Assembly: GCA_038064915.1 (NCBI GenBank)
Contig: JBBTSB010000010.1
Span: 19,809-83,808 of the forward strand
Reading direction: 5' to 3'
DNA: 64,000 nucleotides
DNA from: Patescibacteria group bacterium
Lineage (GTDB): Bacteria; Patescibacteriota; Minisyncoccia; 2-02-FULL-40-12; IGHO2-01-FULL-4-A
Both the position numbers and the translations under genes were made by a program. This document shows, in pieces, positions 1 through 10,177 of this stretch (its first letter is position 1; the number at the start of each line of letters is the position of its first letter). The notes under the pieces are model-generated. The model was given only the letters and a program-made list of their open reading frames with translations. It was not told the origin of the DNA and did no database searches.

Positions 1-118
1 GCTCAAGCTTTGGAAACGTCAGTGCTCAAAGTGCGGTAAAGATATAGAGACCAGCTACGCTCCCGAGCGAAAAGAAAATGTGTATTGTGAGAGTTGTTAT
101 CAACGCGAAGTGATGTAA
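1..118 (+). CDS. 3' end of a Cys-rich CPR-type protein, paralogue of the genes at 1212 and 2873 (partial)
   Basis: Frame 2 reads LKLWKRQCSKCGKDIETSYAPERKENVYCESCYQREVM*, matching the C-termini of 1212..2897 and 2873..4534. Confidence 0.85.
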   Translation, partial: LKLWKRQCSKCGKDIETSYAPERKENVYCESCYQREVM

Positions 119-149
119 CCACATCTTTCACAGTTGCGTCTTAATAAGT

Positions 150-302
150 ATGCTTACCACCATTGCAATAATTTTGGTCGTGTTGTGGCTGTTAGGTTTT
201 GTGGGGTTCAATGCACTCGGAGGATTTATCCATATCTTGCTGGTGATTGCGATCATCATTTTCCTCATTCGCATCATCCAGGGCCGCAATCCGGTGGCAT
301 AA
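150..302 (+). CDS. Small membrane protein, lmo0937/DUF5670-like, 50 aa (not in the ORF track)
   Basis: Hand translation MLTTIAIILVVLWLLGFVGFNALGGFIHILLVIAIIIFLIRIIQGRNPVA*; the LWLLG..GG.IHILLV motif is typical of the family. Confidence 0.85.
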   Translation: MLTTIAIILVVLWLLGFVGFNALGGFIHILLVIAIIIFLIRIIQGRNPVA

Positions 303-427
303 CCCAATCTAGCCTCCCCTTTCATTAAGGGGAGGAACATAAATTAAGGATCCACGCCGAGTGGGTGTCCCGGTGGGGCTCTTTTCGTTTGCAAATCTAC
401 CTGATATATTGCATCAATGGCCGTAAC

Positions 428-1219
428 ATGAAGAAAGGATTATTTATTCTCGTCACCGCAATTATTGTAATAGCAATTTTTTGGGTTGGTCATCCTCTAT
501 CCGATGAAATCCTTACTCCCACCCCCGACGATCCTCGAATTCCAAAGTATGAGCGTATCGAGTACGAGGGAAATGCATTTCATGTGGTGTATGTAAATTT
601 ACAAAAGCAAGATCTCAAGATGTACTACAAAAATCCCGCTGGACAAAGGTACGGTTCGATCAGTTCGTTGCAAACCGAACTCAAAAATCAGGGAGAAAAT
701 TTGGTGTTTGCAACCAATGGCGGCATCTATGCTGAAGATTTCTCGCCCCTGGGCCTGTATATAGAGGATGCCGAACAAATCTCTAAGCTCAATACTTCAA
801 AAGCAAGTACCGGCAATTTTTTTCTGCAACCAAACGGAGTATTTGAAATTTCCGGTGACACCCATAGCATACAAACTACAAGTGAATGGAAGGCAATGGA
901 TCGCCAGTCAGACTACGCAGTACAATCAGGACCGATGTTGGTGATTGACGGCGTCATTAACGCAAAATTTACTGCAAATTCGGAGAATAAACTTATAAGG
1001 AGCGGAGTGGGGAGTATTAGCAATTTCGAAATCGTTTTTGTCTTGAGTTCCGACCCCGTAAATTTCTATGAGTTTGCAAGTTTCTTTAAAGATCATCTAG
1101 GAGCTTCTCGGGCACTGTACCTCGATGGAACGATTTCAGATATGTATGTTGACGGGGTATACCTAGGGAATCTTCAAGGAGAGTATAGTACAATAATAGG
1201 AGTCACCATACATGAATAG
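428..1219 (+). CDS. Phosphodiester glycosidase (NAGPA/YigE-like) family exported protein
   Basis: N-terminal TM helix after the ATG at 428; motifs FATNGGIY, GNFFLQPNGVF, QSGPMLV, ALYLDG. Confidence 0.8.
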   Translation: MKKGLFILVTAIIVIAIFWVGHPLSDEILTPTPDDPRIPKYERIEYEGNAFHVVYVNLQKQDLKMYYKNPAGQRYGSISSLQTELKNQGENLVFATNGGIYAEDFSPLGLYIEDAEQISKLNTSKASTGNFFLQPNGVFEISGDTHSIQTTSEWKAMDRQSDYAVQSGPMLVIDGVINAKFTANSENKLIRSGVGSISNFEIVFVLSSDPVNFYEFASFFKDHLGASRALYLDGTISDMYVDGVYLGNLQGEYSTIIGVTIHE

Positions 1220-2897
1220 CCAAACATGCCAGAATTGCAAGAATGATTTCATGATCGATCCCGAGGATTTTGATTTTTATGAAAAAATACAGGTACCGCC
1301 ACCCACCTTTTGCTGGCAGTGTCGTTTTCAGCGAAGATGCGCATATAGAAATGAGCGATCACTCAAAAAAGCAAAATCGGCAAAGTCAGGCCAGTATATT
1401 TTCACGTTGTATCCACCGAGCGCGGGACTGACGCTCTACTCGCAAGAAGAGTGGTACGGCGATGACTGGGACCAGATGGCAACCGGAAGAGACTATGACT
1501 TCTCCAGGCCGTTTTTCAACCAGCTCTTTGATCTTTTTAAAGTAGCGCCCATTTTTTGCCGCAATGTCGTCCAGGTGATCAACTCCGACTACTGTGCCAA
1601 CGCTTCGTATCTCAAAAACTGCTACCTCATGTTTCAGATCTCAAGTACGGAAGATAGCGCGTATGGCAATGCCGTAGATAATTCCAAAAATTGCTTCGAC
1701 AACTCTCACCTTTCCAAGTGCGAACGCAACCACATGTGCTTCATGAACCTCAACTGCTACCAGTGCTTTTACTCCTCGCAAAATACCGATTGTCATGGCA
1801 TGTGGTTTTCCAAAAACTGCCGCAACTCAAGCAACTGTGTGGGATGCGTGAACTTGGTAGGCAAGTCGTACTGCTTGTTCAATGAACAGTACACTAAAGA
1901 AGAGTATGCAAAGAAAGTGGCCGAGATGAAACTCAATACATGGAGTGGTTTGCAAGAACAACTCAAAAAATCCCGCGCATTTTGGCTCCAGTTTCCGAAC
2001 AAATTCATGCAGGGGATGAAAAATGAAAATGTGACAGGGGAGTATTTGTTTAATTGCAAAAACGTCCACTCCAGCTACCTGGTGCGCGAGAGTCGTGACA
2101 TGAAGTACGTCCAGTACCAGGCCATTCCCAAAAATGAAGACTGCTACGATATCACCATGTGGGGAGAAAACAACCAGCTCTGCTATGAAGTCATTGGTTC
2201 CGGGATGGCGAATGGTCTCAAATTCAGTACCGAGTGCTATGAAAATATTCGCGATGTGGAGTACTCCATGTCGTGTGTGTCGTGTCAGGATTGTTTTGGA
2301 TGCGTGGGCTTGCGTAAGAAGCAATACTGTATTTTGAATAAGCAATATTCAAAAGAAGAATACGAAGCACTCGTGCCCAAAATCAAAAAACATATGAATG
2401 ACATGCCGTACATAGATAAGGACGGTCGAGTGTACAAGTACGGTGAATTTTTTCCGATAGAACTTTCACCCTACGGAGCCAATTCTGACATCATGCAGGA
2501 TCACTTTGATCTTTCAAAAGAAGAAGCACTCAAGCAGGGATACACGTGGACGGAGACGGACAAAAAAGAATACGAATCTACTATGGATGCATCACAACTT
2601 CCCGATAGTATTGATGACGTCCAAGACGAAATTACAAAAGAACTCATCGCCTGCGTAGAATGCAAAAAGGCATATCGTATTATTGAAAAGGAACTCGGCT
2701 TTTATCAGACCGAAAAACTTCCCCTCCCGCGCACGTGCCTCAACTGCCGTCACAAACACCGCATTGCTCAGCGCAACCGCACGATGCTCTACGACCGCAC
2801 CTGTGCAAAATGCGGGGCTGCAATCGTGACTGCATATAGCCCTGAGCGAAAAGAAATTATATACTGTGAGTCATGTTACCAACAAGAAGTTGCATAA
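1212..2897 (+). CDS. Cys-rich hypothetical protein with Zn-ribbon termini (CPR-type family)
   Basis: CxxC at the N-terminus, PPPTFCxxCR, internal CxxCxxC repeats, C-terminal YCESCYQQEV. Confidence 0.8.
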   Translation: MNSQTCQNCKNDFMIDPEDFDFYEKIQVPPPTFCWQCRFQRRCAYRNERSLKKAKSAKSGQYIFTLYPPSAGLTLYSQEEWYGDDWDQMATGRDYDFSRPFFNQLFDLFKVAPIFCRNVVQVINSDYCANASYLKNCYLMFQISSTEDSAYGNAVDNSKNCFDNSHLSKCERNHMCFMNLNCYQCFYSSQNTDCHGMWFSKNCRNSSNCVGCVNLVGKSYCLFNEQYTKEEYAKKVAEMKLNTWSGLQEQLKKSRAFWLQFPNKFMQGMKNENVTGEYLFNCKNVHSSYLVRESRDMKYVQYQAIPKNEDCYDITMWGENNQLCYEVIGSGMANGLKFSTECYENIRDVEYSMSCVSCQDCFGCVGLRKKQYCILNKQYSKEEYEALVPKIKKHMNDMPYIDKDGRVYKYGEFFPIELSPYGANSDIMQDHFDLSKEEALKQGYTWTETDKKEYESTMDASQLPDSIDDVQDEITKELIACVECKKAYRIIEKELGFYQTEKLPLPRTCLNCRHKHRIAQRNRTMLYDRTCAKCGAAIVTAYSPERKEIIYCESCYQQEVA

Positions 2898-4534
2898 ATT
2901 GCAAAAAAGACTTTACGATCGAACCCGATGACACGGCGTTCTATGAGTTGATGCAGGTGCCACCGCCGACGTTTTGTCCAGACTGCCGTCTTCAGCGCCG
3001 GTTGGCATTTCGGAATGACCGGTCTTTGTATAAAATCAAATGCGCTTTGTGCCGCCAAGATACGTTTTCTACAGCTCCACAAGGAGAACCTGACACCATC
3101 TACTGTCTTGAGTGTTGGAGTTCGGATTCTTGGGATGGCACGACCTATGGGCGGGAGTATGATTTTTCAAGACCGTTTTTTGAACAAATGAAGGAATTAT
3201 TTCACACCGTTCCTACACGCGCCCGTTTTGCGCTTCCCGGTACGCTCACGAACTCTGACTATACCAACCTGGTGAGTTATCTCAAAAACTGCTACCTCAT
3301 CTACAACTCTGACTACAACGAATACTGTATGTACGGCAGTGAGATAGAATCAAGCAAGGATTGCATCGACTGCACGATGGTGGACACGTGCGAGTCCTGC
3401 TATGGTTGTGTAAATTGCCAGAAATGTTATCGGGCATTTTTTTCGGTTGATTGTGAGGCATCGAGTGATATTTGGTTTTCAAAAAATCTTTCCGGCTGCC
3501 AAAGCTGTTTCGGCTGTATGAATTTACGCAACAAAAACTACTATATCTTCAACGAGCCCCATACAAAAGAAGACTATGCAAAAAAAGTCGAAGAATTAAA
3601 AAAGGATTTTAATCTCGAAAAGGCAAAGGAGTTTTGGCTCAAATATCCCGTCAAATACATTCACGGCCGGCAAAACACGAATGTTTCCGGCGACTATATC
3701 AATAATTCCAAGGATGTTCGCAACACCTACATTGCGAAAGAAGCTCAAAATATCAAGTACGGAATGTGGGTTTTGGTGCCGCCGGCCAAAGACTGCTGGG
3801 ACTATACGGAGTGGGGAGATGGCGCGGAAAAAATTTACGAAGGCGTGACCGTCGGGAGCCATGCGAGTAATGTCATGTTCAGTCAGATGGTCATGATATC
3901 GTCATCTCATGTACAATACAGCTTGAATTCCATTAGCGTGAAAGACTGTTTTGGTTGTGTTGGCTTGAAAAGCAAACAGTACTGCATCCTCAACAAGCAA
4001 TACGACAAAGAGTCCTTCGACAAGCTCAGGACACGCATCATTGCGCAAATGCGCAATGATGGTGAATACGGGGAGTTTTTCCCCATCACTATGAGTCCGT
4101 TTCCGTACAACGAAACCAATGCGCAAGAATACTTTCCTCTCACCAAAGAACAGGCGCTCGCAAAAGGGTATCGATGGAAGGATCTCGAGGAAAAAGCCTA
4201 CGTGCCCACGAAGAAATGGAATGAGGCATACGGGCTGGACGATATTGTCCTCTGTAGAGCGTGGGAGGAAGATAGCAAGAAGGCCCAGGAACATAAATGC
4301 ACGAAGGCATTTAAGATGACGAAACAGGAGCTCGAGTTTTATGAACGTTTTGGAATTGCATTGCCACAGTACTGTCCCAATAGCCGGTACTTCGAGCGCA
4401 GTAAATTCCGTAATCCTCTGAAGCTCTGGCATCGCAATTGCGCAAAATGCAACAAAGACATCGAAACTTCGTATTCTCCCGATCGGCCGGAGACTGTGTA
4501 TTGCGAATCTTGCTATCAGCAAGAAGTGATATAA
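2873..4534 (+). CDS. Cys-rich hypothetical protein, tandem paralogue of 1212..2897
   Basis: Same motif order (PPPTFCPDCR, GREYDFSRPFF, CFGCVGL..KQYCILNKQY, YGEFFP, YCESCYQQEV). Confidence 0.8.
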   Translation: MLPTRSCINCKKDFTIEPDDTAFYELMQVPPPTFCPDCRLQRRLAFRNDRSLYKIKCALCRQDTFSTAPQGEPDTIYCLECWSSDSWDGTTYGREYDFSRPFFEQMKELFHTVPTRARFALPGTLTNSDYTNLVSYLKNCYLIYNSDYNEYCMYGSEIESSKDCIDCTMVDTCESCYGCVNCQKCYRAFFSVDCEASSDIWFSKNLSGCQSCFGCMNLRNKNYYIFNEPHTKEDYAKKVEELKKDFNLEKAKEFWLKYPVKYIHGRQNTNVSGDYINNSKDVRNTYIAKEAQNIKYGMWVLVPPAKDCWDYTEWGDGAEKIYEGVTVGSHASNVMFSQMVMISSSHVQYSLNSISVKDCFGCVGLKSKQYCILNKQYDKESFDKLRTRIIAQMRNDGEYGEFFPITMSPFPYNETNAQEYFPLTKEQALAKGYRWKDLEEKAYVPTKKWNEAYGLDDIVLCRAWEEDSKKAQEHKCTKAFKMTKQELEFYERFGIALPQYCPNSRYFERSKFRNPLKLWHRNCAKCNKDIETSYSPDRPETVYCESCYQQEVI

Positions 4535-4543
4535 TCTTTGGGT

Positions 4544-5401
4544 ATGGGTTTTGAATTACGGCTAAGGCAAAAATCGGAGCTAGATCTTAGACTCGAACAA
4601 AAGTTTGGCGATTTTGAACGTGACCTTTGGGATACAGCAGAATTCCAGGATATTGATATCGAAAATCCCAAGAACGCTTATCATCGCGACATGCTTCAGG
4701 CAATTCTCTTGCGTTCTCCAGAAACGGGGACTTCTCTCATTGGACAAATTCTTCGCGAGCAAGAGGATTTGCGGGAGGAAGATATCGATAAGATTATCGT
4801 TGAAAGTTTTCAATTTGATGATATTGATCTTGATTTAGGGACGAAACGCAATGTTGATCGTGTGGTGCTCGTGTGTAAAGATATGAGAACGTTAACTATG
4901 ACGGTAAGTATTGATAAAGCTCGCGTTGAAAATATCTATGACAGCCCAACAATGCAAGAGACAAACACTATTCAAGAAATCAAGGACCCTTTGCTCACTT
5001 GGGCGGTTCAAAAGTGGTATGGGACCACAGTCGTAAAAGATGGAAAGGGCATCCGTGCTGTTATTTGTAAAGAATATGTACCGGGGACTATTCTCAATGC
5101 GCTTACGTTAGATTTGGAAGTTGCAGAGATGGAATACGGCGAGCAATTTATTCGCCAAGTTGCCTATGCCGTTGGTAAAATGATCGCCAACGTCCGTGCA
5201 GGCTTTGATGGTATACCCATTGACTCGAATCCTTTTAATATTATTATCGATACAAAAGATGACGGTAATATAACTGCACGATACTGTGACGTTGAACGTA
5301 TTCTCACGGAACCACAAGAAATGAATCGCGAGATCTCCTTGATTAAAAAGGAATTTGGAAAATATGCAGAAGAAGTGGAGCGTGGAATAAAGGAGGGCTA
5401 G
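4544..5401 (+). CDS. Hypothetical protein with a possible protein-kinase-like C-terminal domain
   Basis: CKEYVPG, DSNPFNIII and YCDVE resemble the hinge, catalytic loop and DFG-like motifs of atypical kinases. Confidence 0.5.
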   Translation: MGFELRLRQKSELDLRLEQKFGDFERDLWDTAEFQDIDIENPKNAYHRDMLQAILLRSPETGTSLIGQILREQEDLREEDIDKIIVESFQFDDIDLDLGTKRNVDRVVLVCKDMRTLTMTVSIDKARVENIYDSPTMQETNTIQEIKDPLLTWAVQKWYGTTVVKDGKGIRAVICKEYVPGTILNALTLDLEVAEMEYGEQFIRQVAYAVGKMIANVRAGFDGIPIDSNPFNIIIDTKDDGNITARYCDVERILTEPQEMNREISLIKKEFGKYAEEVERGIKEG

Positions 5402-5412
5402 CCCAAACGAAA

Positions 5413-5460
5413 AGGCCTCACGCGAGTGAGACCTATGGATCACCTCCTTTCAGGGGTGAA
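5413..5460 (-). terminator. Two adjacent hairpins between convergent genes; likely terminator
   Basis: AGGCCTCAC-GCGA-GTGAGACCT (T-run follows on the minus strand) and TCACCTCCT-TTC-AGGGGTGA. Confidence 0.55.
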
Positions 5461-5472
5461 GCGGTTGTGGAA

Positions 5473-6417
5473 CTAGTTGAAGTAGGAGAGGGCGTCTGCG
5501 AAGTTCATGCGATTCTCGCCCTTTCCGAAGTTGTCGAGGCAGCCGGCCTTTGCGAGCTCGCTTCCCCCGCCGCCGGTATTGGCGACGAAGACGGCCTTGC
5601 AGCCCCGCGCCTTGATGACCAGCACGAGATCAGAACCGTTGATGCCGCGCAGACCCTGGTCCATTAGGATGATGTCGGGGCTCATAGCCATGATGGCGTC
5701 TGCGACCCGTGCCAGTTCTGCATCCTTGGCTTCGCCTTCCAGTCCTGGGTACGCATGTTCCGTGTACTGGTGGAAGAACTGGAAATTGATGTTCGGAATT
5801 CCTACCAGCGCGAGGGCGGAACGCAGCATCTCCCGCAGGTCGTCATCGACGATGAGGACGCTGAGCTCACGAGCCAGCTCCTTGGAGGAGATGGGCTTCT
5901 TGAGCTCGAGTTCCGCGTACTTGGGACGTATGGGATCCAGCCCCAAGCCGGTGAGCTTATCGTTGAGCACTGCGATGATCTGCGGCCTCTCGATGCGATC
6001 GAACGCTCCCCTGTCGGCGAGGAGGACGAAGGTATTCGCGATGGTGAGAATCTCCTGCGCCTCCTTCTCGTCCCTGCCGTCAAGAGCATCCAAGAGCTCG
6101 GAACGAAGCTCGGCGGCGAGTGTACGTTCCCGTTCGCGCTGCTTCTCGTCGTATATGCGCGGCAGATTTCTCTGCCAGAGCGTGGGTTCGAGCGGCGGCA
6201 CCGGAACGTCGCTTTTGGCGAGCACCGTGCAAAACATGGTGAACGCCTTCTCCCGGGTGTCGCCGTGGTGCTGCTCCTTGAGCAGCTTGCCCTCGCCGTC
6301 CACGATCCGGAAGAGGTCGTGGTCCAGAAAATAAGCCAGGTGGGCCGCGTAGACGAACATCCCGGTGAGCTTGAGCTTCTCGATGAACTCCATCACGATC
6401 CGCGTGTACGTGGTCAT
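5473..6417 (-). CDS. GC-rich orphan protein with a C-terminal response-regulator receiver-like domain
   Basis: VLIVDDD ... PDIILMDQGL ... GSDLV ... ANTG; AAGGAGG SD just upstream; GC3 much higher than neighbours. Confidence 0.7.
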   Translation of the reverse strand: MTTYTRIVMEFIEKLKLTGMFVYAAHLAYFLDHDLFRIVDGEGKLLKEQHHGDTREKAFTMFCTVLAKSDVPVPPLEPTLWQRNLPRIYDEKQRERERTLAAELRSELLDALDGRDEKEAQEILTIANTFVLLADRGAFDRIERPQIIAVLNDKLTGLGLDPIRPKYAELELKKPISSKELARELSVLIVDDDLREMLRSALALVGIPNINFQFFHQYTEHAYPGLEGEAKDAELARVADAIMAMSPDIILMDQGLRGINGSDLVLVIKARGCKAVFVANTGGGGSELAKAGCLDNFGKGENRMNFADALSYFN

Positions 6418-6483
6418 GTCGCCCTCCTTGGCGTTAGGTAGAATGGGGTTGGAAAACGAAAGCTTCGGCTTTAGCCTATGTAT

Positions 6484-6513
6484 ATTATATCATAATTATA
6501 TGCTCATAGTCAA
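6484..6513 (-). promoter_or_regulatory. Sigma70-type promoter for 5473..6417
   Basis: Minus strand TTGACT-N18-TATAAT with a TGn extended -10. Confidence 0.6.
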
Positions 6514-6549
6514 GCAGTTTTTTGGACTAAAAAATGCTACTTTTCAAAG

Positions 6550-7317
6550 GTGACTATTCTTCATGCAATTATTCTCGGTATCGTCGAAGGCATCACAGAA
6601 TATCTGCCGATTTCGTCTACGGCGCATTTGGTGCTTGCCTCTGATGTGCTCAAGCTCACGCAGACGGAATTTTTGAAGAGTTTTGAAGTCATCATCCAAT
6701 CCGGCGCGATCTTGGCGGTACTCGTTCTCTACTGGCGAAAATTTTTCGATGTTGAGCTTCTCAAGCGACTCGTCGTGGCATTTATTCCTGCAGGCATCAT
6801 TGGCTACGGCCTTTACTCGCTGATTAAATCCACACTCATCGGCAACACGTCACTGACACTTTGGGTGTTAGGTGTTGGCGGGTTAGCTTTGATTTTGTTT
6901 GAGAAATACTATTTCAAAAATCGTGCATTCCAAATCACCGAGTTGTCGCAAATGAGCTATTCGACGTGTTTCAAAATCGGCATCTGTCAGGCACTCTCGG
7001 TGGTACCGGGCGTGTCACGCGCTGCGGCTACTATTGTGGGCGGTATGACACTGGGTGTGAGCAGATCGGTGATCGTGGAGTTTTCATTTTTGTTGGCTGT
7101 GCCAACACTCGTGGCCGCAACAGCACTGGATATCTTCAAAAATCCCTCCGTATTTGAGTCAGGAAATTTTGGATTACTGGCTGTGGGCTTTGTCATATCA
7201 TTTATAACCGCAATTATTGCCATCACATGGCTCCTGCGCTACATCAAGGGCCATACGTTTACGGCATTTGGATGGTATCGAATCATCATTGCAATGCTGG
7301 GAGCGATCTTGCTATGA
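6550..7317 (+). CDS. uppP: Undecaprenyl-diphosphate phosphatase
   Basis: [17 protein letters not shown] and PGVSRAAAT motifs; polytopic membrane protein. Confidence 0.95.
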   Translation: MTILHAIILGIVEGITEYLPISSTAHLVLASDVLKLTQTEFLKSFEVIIQSGAILAVLVLYWRKFFDVELLKRLVVAFIPAGIIGYGLYSLIKSTLIGNTSLTLWVLGVGGLALILFEKYYFKNRAFQITELSQMSYSTCFKIGICQALSVVPGVSRAAATIVGGMTLGVSRSVIVEFSFLLAVPTLVAATALDIFKNPSVFESGNFGLLAVGFVISFITAIIAITWLLRYIKGHTFTAFGWYRIIIAMLGAILL

Positions 7318-7324
7318 TGGCTTT

Positions 7325-8374
7325 ATGGCAAAATTTAAAAAGGACAAAGACGAGGATAAAAAAGAGACTGGAAAGACGCAAGGGGATGGCTCGAGCAAGG
7401 CCGTAGATCTTGCGATCAAAGAAATCCAAGAAAAATACGGCGAGGGGAGTGTGATGAAGCTTGGCGATGCGCGCAAAGTAGATGTTGATGTGATTCCTAC
7501 CGGTTCGATTTCTATAGACTTGGCATTGGGAGTCGGAGGAATACCGAGAGGAAGAGTCACGGAAATCTATGGTCCGGAATCCAGCGGCAAAACCACGCTC
7601 TGTCTCCACCTGGTAGCTGAAATGCAGAAAAAGGGTGGCGTCTGCGCCTACGTGGATGCCGAGCATGCGCTTGATCCCGAATATGCAAAACGGATTGGGG
7701 TCAAAACCAATGATCTTTTGATATCTCAACCGGATACCGGAGAGCAGGCGCTCGAGATTGTCGAGACTCTCGTGCGCTCCGGCGGAATAGCACTAGTTGT
7801 CGTAGATTCTGTTGCGGCTTTGACTCCCCGTGCGGAAATCGAGGGTGAGATGGATCAGCAACACATGGGACTGCAGGCGCGCCTCATGAGTCATGCCTTG
7901 CGCAAACTGACCGGCATCATTTCCAAAACAAACACGACCGTGATTTTTATCAACCAGATTCGCCAGAAGATCGGCATCATGTTTGGCAACCCAGAAACGA
8001 CAACCGGCGGATTGGCACTGAAATTTTATGCATCCGTGCGTATCGAAATCCGCCGTGCCGCGCAGATTCAATCAGGCGAAAAAATAGTAGGCAATCGAGT
8101 GAAGGTGAAAATCGTCAAAAACAAAGTTGCCGCACCTTTCCGCACAGCAGAGTTTGATATTATGTACAACGAAGGCATCAGCCGTGTGGGAGACCTCATC
8201 AACACGGGAGTGGCACTGGAAGTCGTCAGTAAGTCGGGCTCCTGGTACAATTACGGTGACGTGAAGCTTGGCCAAGGCACGGAAGGTGCCAAAGCATTTT
8301 TGAAAGAAAATCCCAAAGTAGAAAAAGAAATTTTGGACGCTATCAAAAAAGCCGCCGCAGTACGAGAACTCTAG
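7325..8374 (+). CDS. recA: Recombinase A
   Basis: GPESSGKTT Walker [24 protein letters not shown]; start placed at ATG 7325. Confidence 0.98.
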   Translation: MAKFKKDKDEDKKETGKTQGDGSSKAVDLAIKEIQEKYGEGSVMKLGDARKVDVDVIPTGSISIDLALGVGGIPRGRVTEIYGPESSGKTTLCLHLVAEMQKKGGVCAYVDAEHALDPEYAKRIGVKTNDLLISQPDTGEQALEIVETLVRSGGIALVVVDSVAALTPRAEIEGEMDQQHMGLQARLMSHALRKLTGIISKTNTTVIFINQIRQKIGIMFGNPETTTGGLALKFYASVRIEIRRAAQIQSGEKIVGNRVKVKIVKNKVAAPFRTAEFDIMYNEGISRVGDLINTGVALEVVSKSGSWYNYGDVKLGQGTEGAKAFLKENPKVEKEILDAIKKAAAVREL

Positions 8375-8530
8375 AGCATAACAAGTCATACTGACGCTGG
8401 AGGTGAAATAAGAAAAAAACGACCACTTCTCGGCTGGTCGTTAGGAAAAATACCTCAGGAAGACAGTGGACGGATGCCTTCCATAGTTGTAGCCATCCCC
8501 GCAAAGCGGGGCCGTCAGCTTGGTGAAGAG

Positions 8531-8749
8531 CTACTGGTCCTGGGGGAGGTCGTGATCCGGCACCTCGTCGAACGAAGCCAGGTACCGGAGGCCGAAGATC
8601 TCGCGCAGGGTGTTGTAAGCTCCCAGCGCGTGACCGGCGTTGAAGGAAACCCTGGGGTCGTCGTGTACATGAAGGCGATTATCCTGCGCCTCCTTCCACG
8701 CTCGACGCGCGGCCTCCAGCATCTTCCGAAAATCCTTCTCGATTTTCAT
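8531..8749 (-). CDS. Small GC-rich hypothetical protein (72 aa)
   Basis: AGGAGGG SD upstream, biased GC3, terminator-like hairpin AACGACCA..TGGTCGTT near 8418-8442. Confidence 0.55.
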   Translation of the reverse strand: MKIEKDFRKMLEAARRAWKEAQDNRLHVHDDPRVSFNAGHALGAYNTLREIFGLRYLASFDEVPDHDLPQDQ

Positions 8750-8820
8750 CGGACCCTCCTAATCAATATTAAAACACACATCCAAATAAAAAACAAGCCC
8801 AAAGAGGGGCTGTTTTGATT

Positions 8821-8845
8821 TCAAATAAGTCTACTTCTTTCTCGT
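8821..8845. repeat. 25-bp direct repeat copy 1 (duplicated rpsR 3' end)
   Basis: TCAAATAAGTCTACTTCTTTCTCGT is identical to 10178-10202. Confidence 0.9.
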
Positions 8846-8867
8846 CTGACCTTTTGGTGCGCAGTCG

Positions 8868-10091
8868 TCAGTGCTGTTCTGGTTGCGCAGTCTTTAGCGG
8901 TATATATCGAACGGGAAAACTCATGGTACCGCTATTTTCTGTTTTGCTCCCAAAGAAAATAGGAAGATCGTATCTACGGTTATTGGATCCCCAGGTTTTT
9001 GCTATTTTTCCTGTTTCGATATCGACGATTGTTTGATATCCTAGTACCGGAACAAACATCAAATATTTATAGTTAAGAAAAGAGAGTTTAGCATTGTACT
9101 CTCCATCAACCAGCGCTCCTTTTAGTGTAACTTGTATAGGTCCGCTTAATTTTTCTTCATTTCGAATGTATTTGAAAATATATGTGTGTTGTGCAGATTC
9201 CTGAGGATTGTTAACCCCGTGAGGATAAATAGTCCCCATTTTGGAATGGCAAAAATATTCACTGGCTTTAACTGCTAATCCAAGGCAAGGCACTGGTGTG
9301 TCGAGGAAAGATACTACGGGATTGTTTTCAAGATTACTTACTGCATAAATACCTTTTTCGTTATACGTATACAATGTATTATCTACGTCCGACCAAATAA
9401 TCCTTGGGTCAGTAGAGTAAGGTTCTCCAATTTCGGGGTATAACAGATTGTCTAGTTCCTTGTAAAAAATCTTTTGCTTTTTTACGAGATCGTATATGAC
9501 AAAATGGGCATACTCACTGGTTTCCCAGAGATGTAAATTCGAACACGTCGTACCTTCTTTGCAAGGCTGTATTATTTGTGCAATAAAACGCTCATCATTA
9601 GACCAAGCTATTCCTCCATCTTCTTCGCTCCCAATATATTGCGGAGTCGAAGACTTGTGCACATAGTCTGGAAGAGTGAATACCTCGTTCCCGTGGGCAT
9701 CAACAATGATGACCTCATATGTCTCTGAATATGTATGGACAAATTTTTCGTAGTACGATCCTTGAGGAGAAAATCTGCCTGGATCATAATCAAAGCTTTT
9801 TAACACTCGAACGTCTTTTCCGCGAATATCACTTATAATCAATTGCGCTTTGCCATTTGATGGACAAGATGATTCCCGATAAGTTCTTTTATAACAATCG
9901 GTTAAATATATGAAGTCCCCATCAATAACTATTGGATCACTGATTTCATATGATGATTTGTGTGGAGTGTAAAAGATAATTAAGCTGATAATCGCAATCA
10001 ATACAACAACAGTCACAATATAAATCGTTTTTTTAGGGGAAAAATTATGTTGCTCATCCTGAGATTGGATTATCTGATCGTTACCTTCCAT
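8868..10091 (-). CDS. AT-rich membrane-anchored hypothetical protein, possible beta-propeller
   Basis: 407-aa ORF with an N-terminal TM helix and TolB-like FSP/WS motifs; lower GC than flanks. Confidence 0.65.
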   Translation of the reverse strand: MEGNDQIIQSQDEQHNFSPKKTIYIVTVVVLIAIISLIIFYTPHKSSYEISDPIVIDGDFIYLTDCYKRTYRESSCPSNGKAQLIISDIRGKDVRVLKSFDYDPGRFSPQGSYYEKFVHTYSETYEVIIVDAHGNEVFTLPDYVHKSSTPQYIGSEEDGGIAWSNDERFIAQIIQPCKEGTTCSNLHLWETSEYAHFVIYDLVKKQKIFYKELDNLLYPEIGEPYSTDPRIIWSDVDNTLYTYNEKGIYAVSNLENNPVVSFLDTPVPCLGLAVKASEYFCHSKMGTIYPHGVNNPQESAQHTYIFKYIRNEEKLSGPIQVTLKGALVDGEYNAKLSFLNYKYLMFVPVLGYQTIVDIETGKIAKTWGSNNRRYDLPIFFGSKTENSGTMSFPVRYIPLKTAQPEQH

Positions 10092-10177
10092 AGAAAATTT
10101 CTATCACCCGTTAATATAGCATACCATAACAACCTAGGAGCACAAAAAAAGCCGTGAGGCTTTGTTTCAAAGTCTAA

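Noticed and set aside
5436-5451. 16S rRNA gene or fragment
   Set aside because: Only 16 nt match; no helix 44/45 sequence lies upstream.
5467-6441. Long plus-strand ORFs (275 aa, 228 aa) opposite the receiver-domain gene
   Set aside because: Shadow ORFs caused by GC-rich codon bias; the minus-strand ORF has the SD, promoter and motifs.
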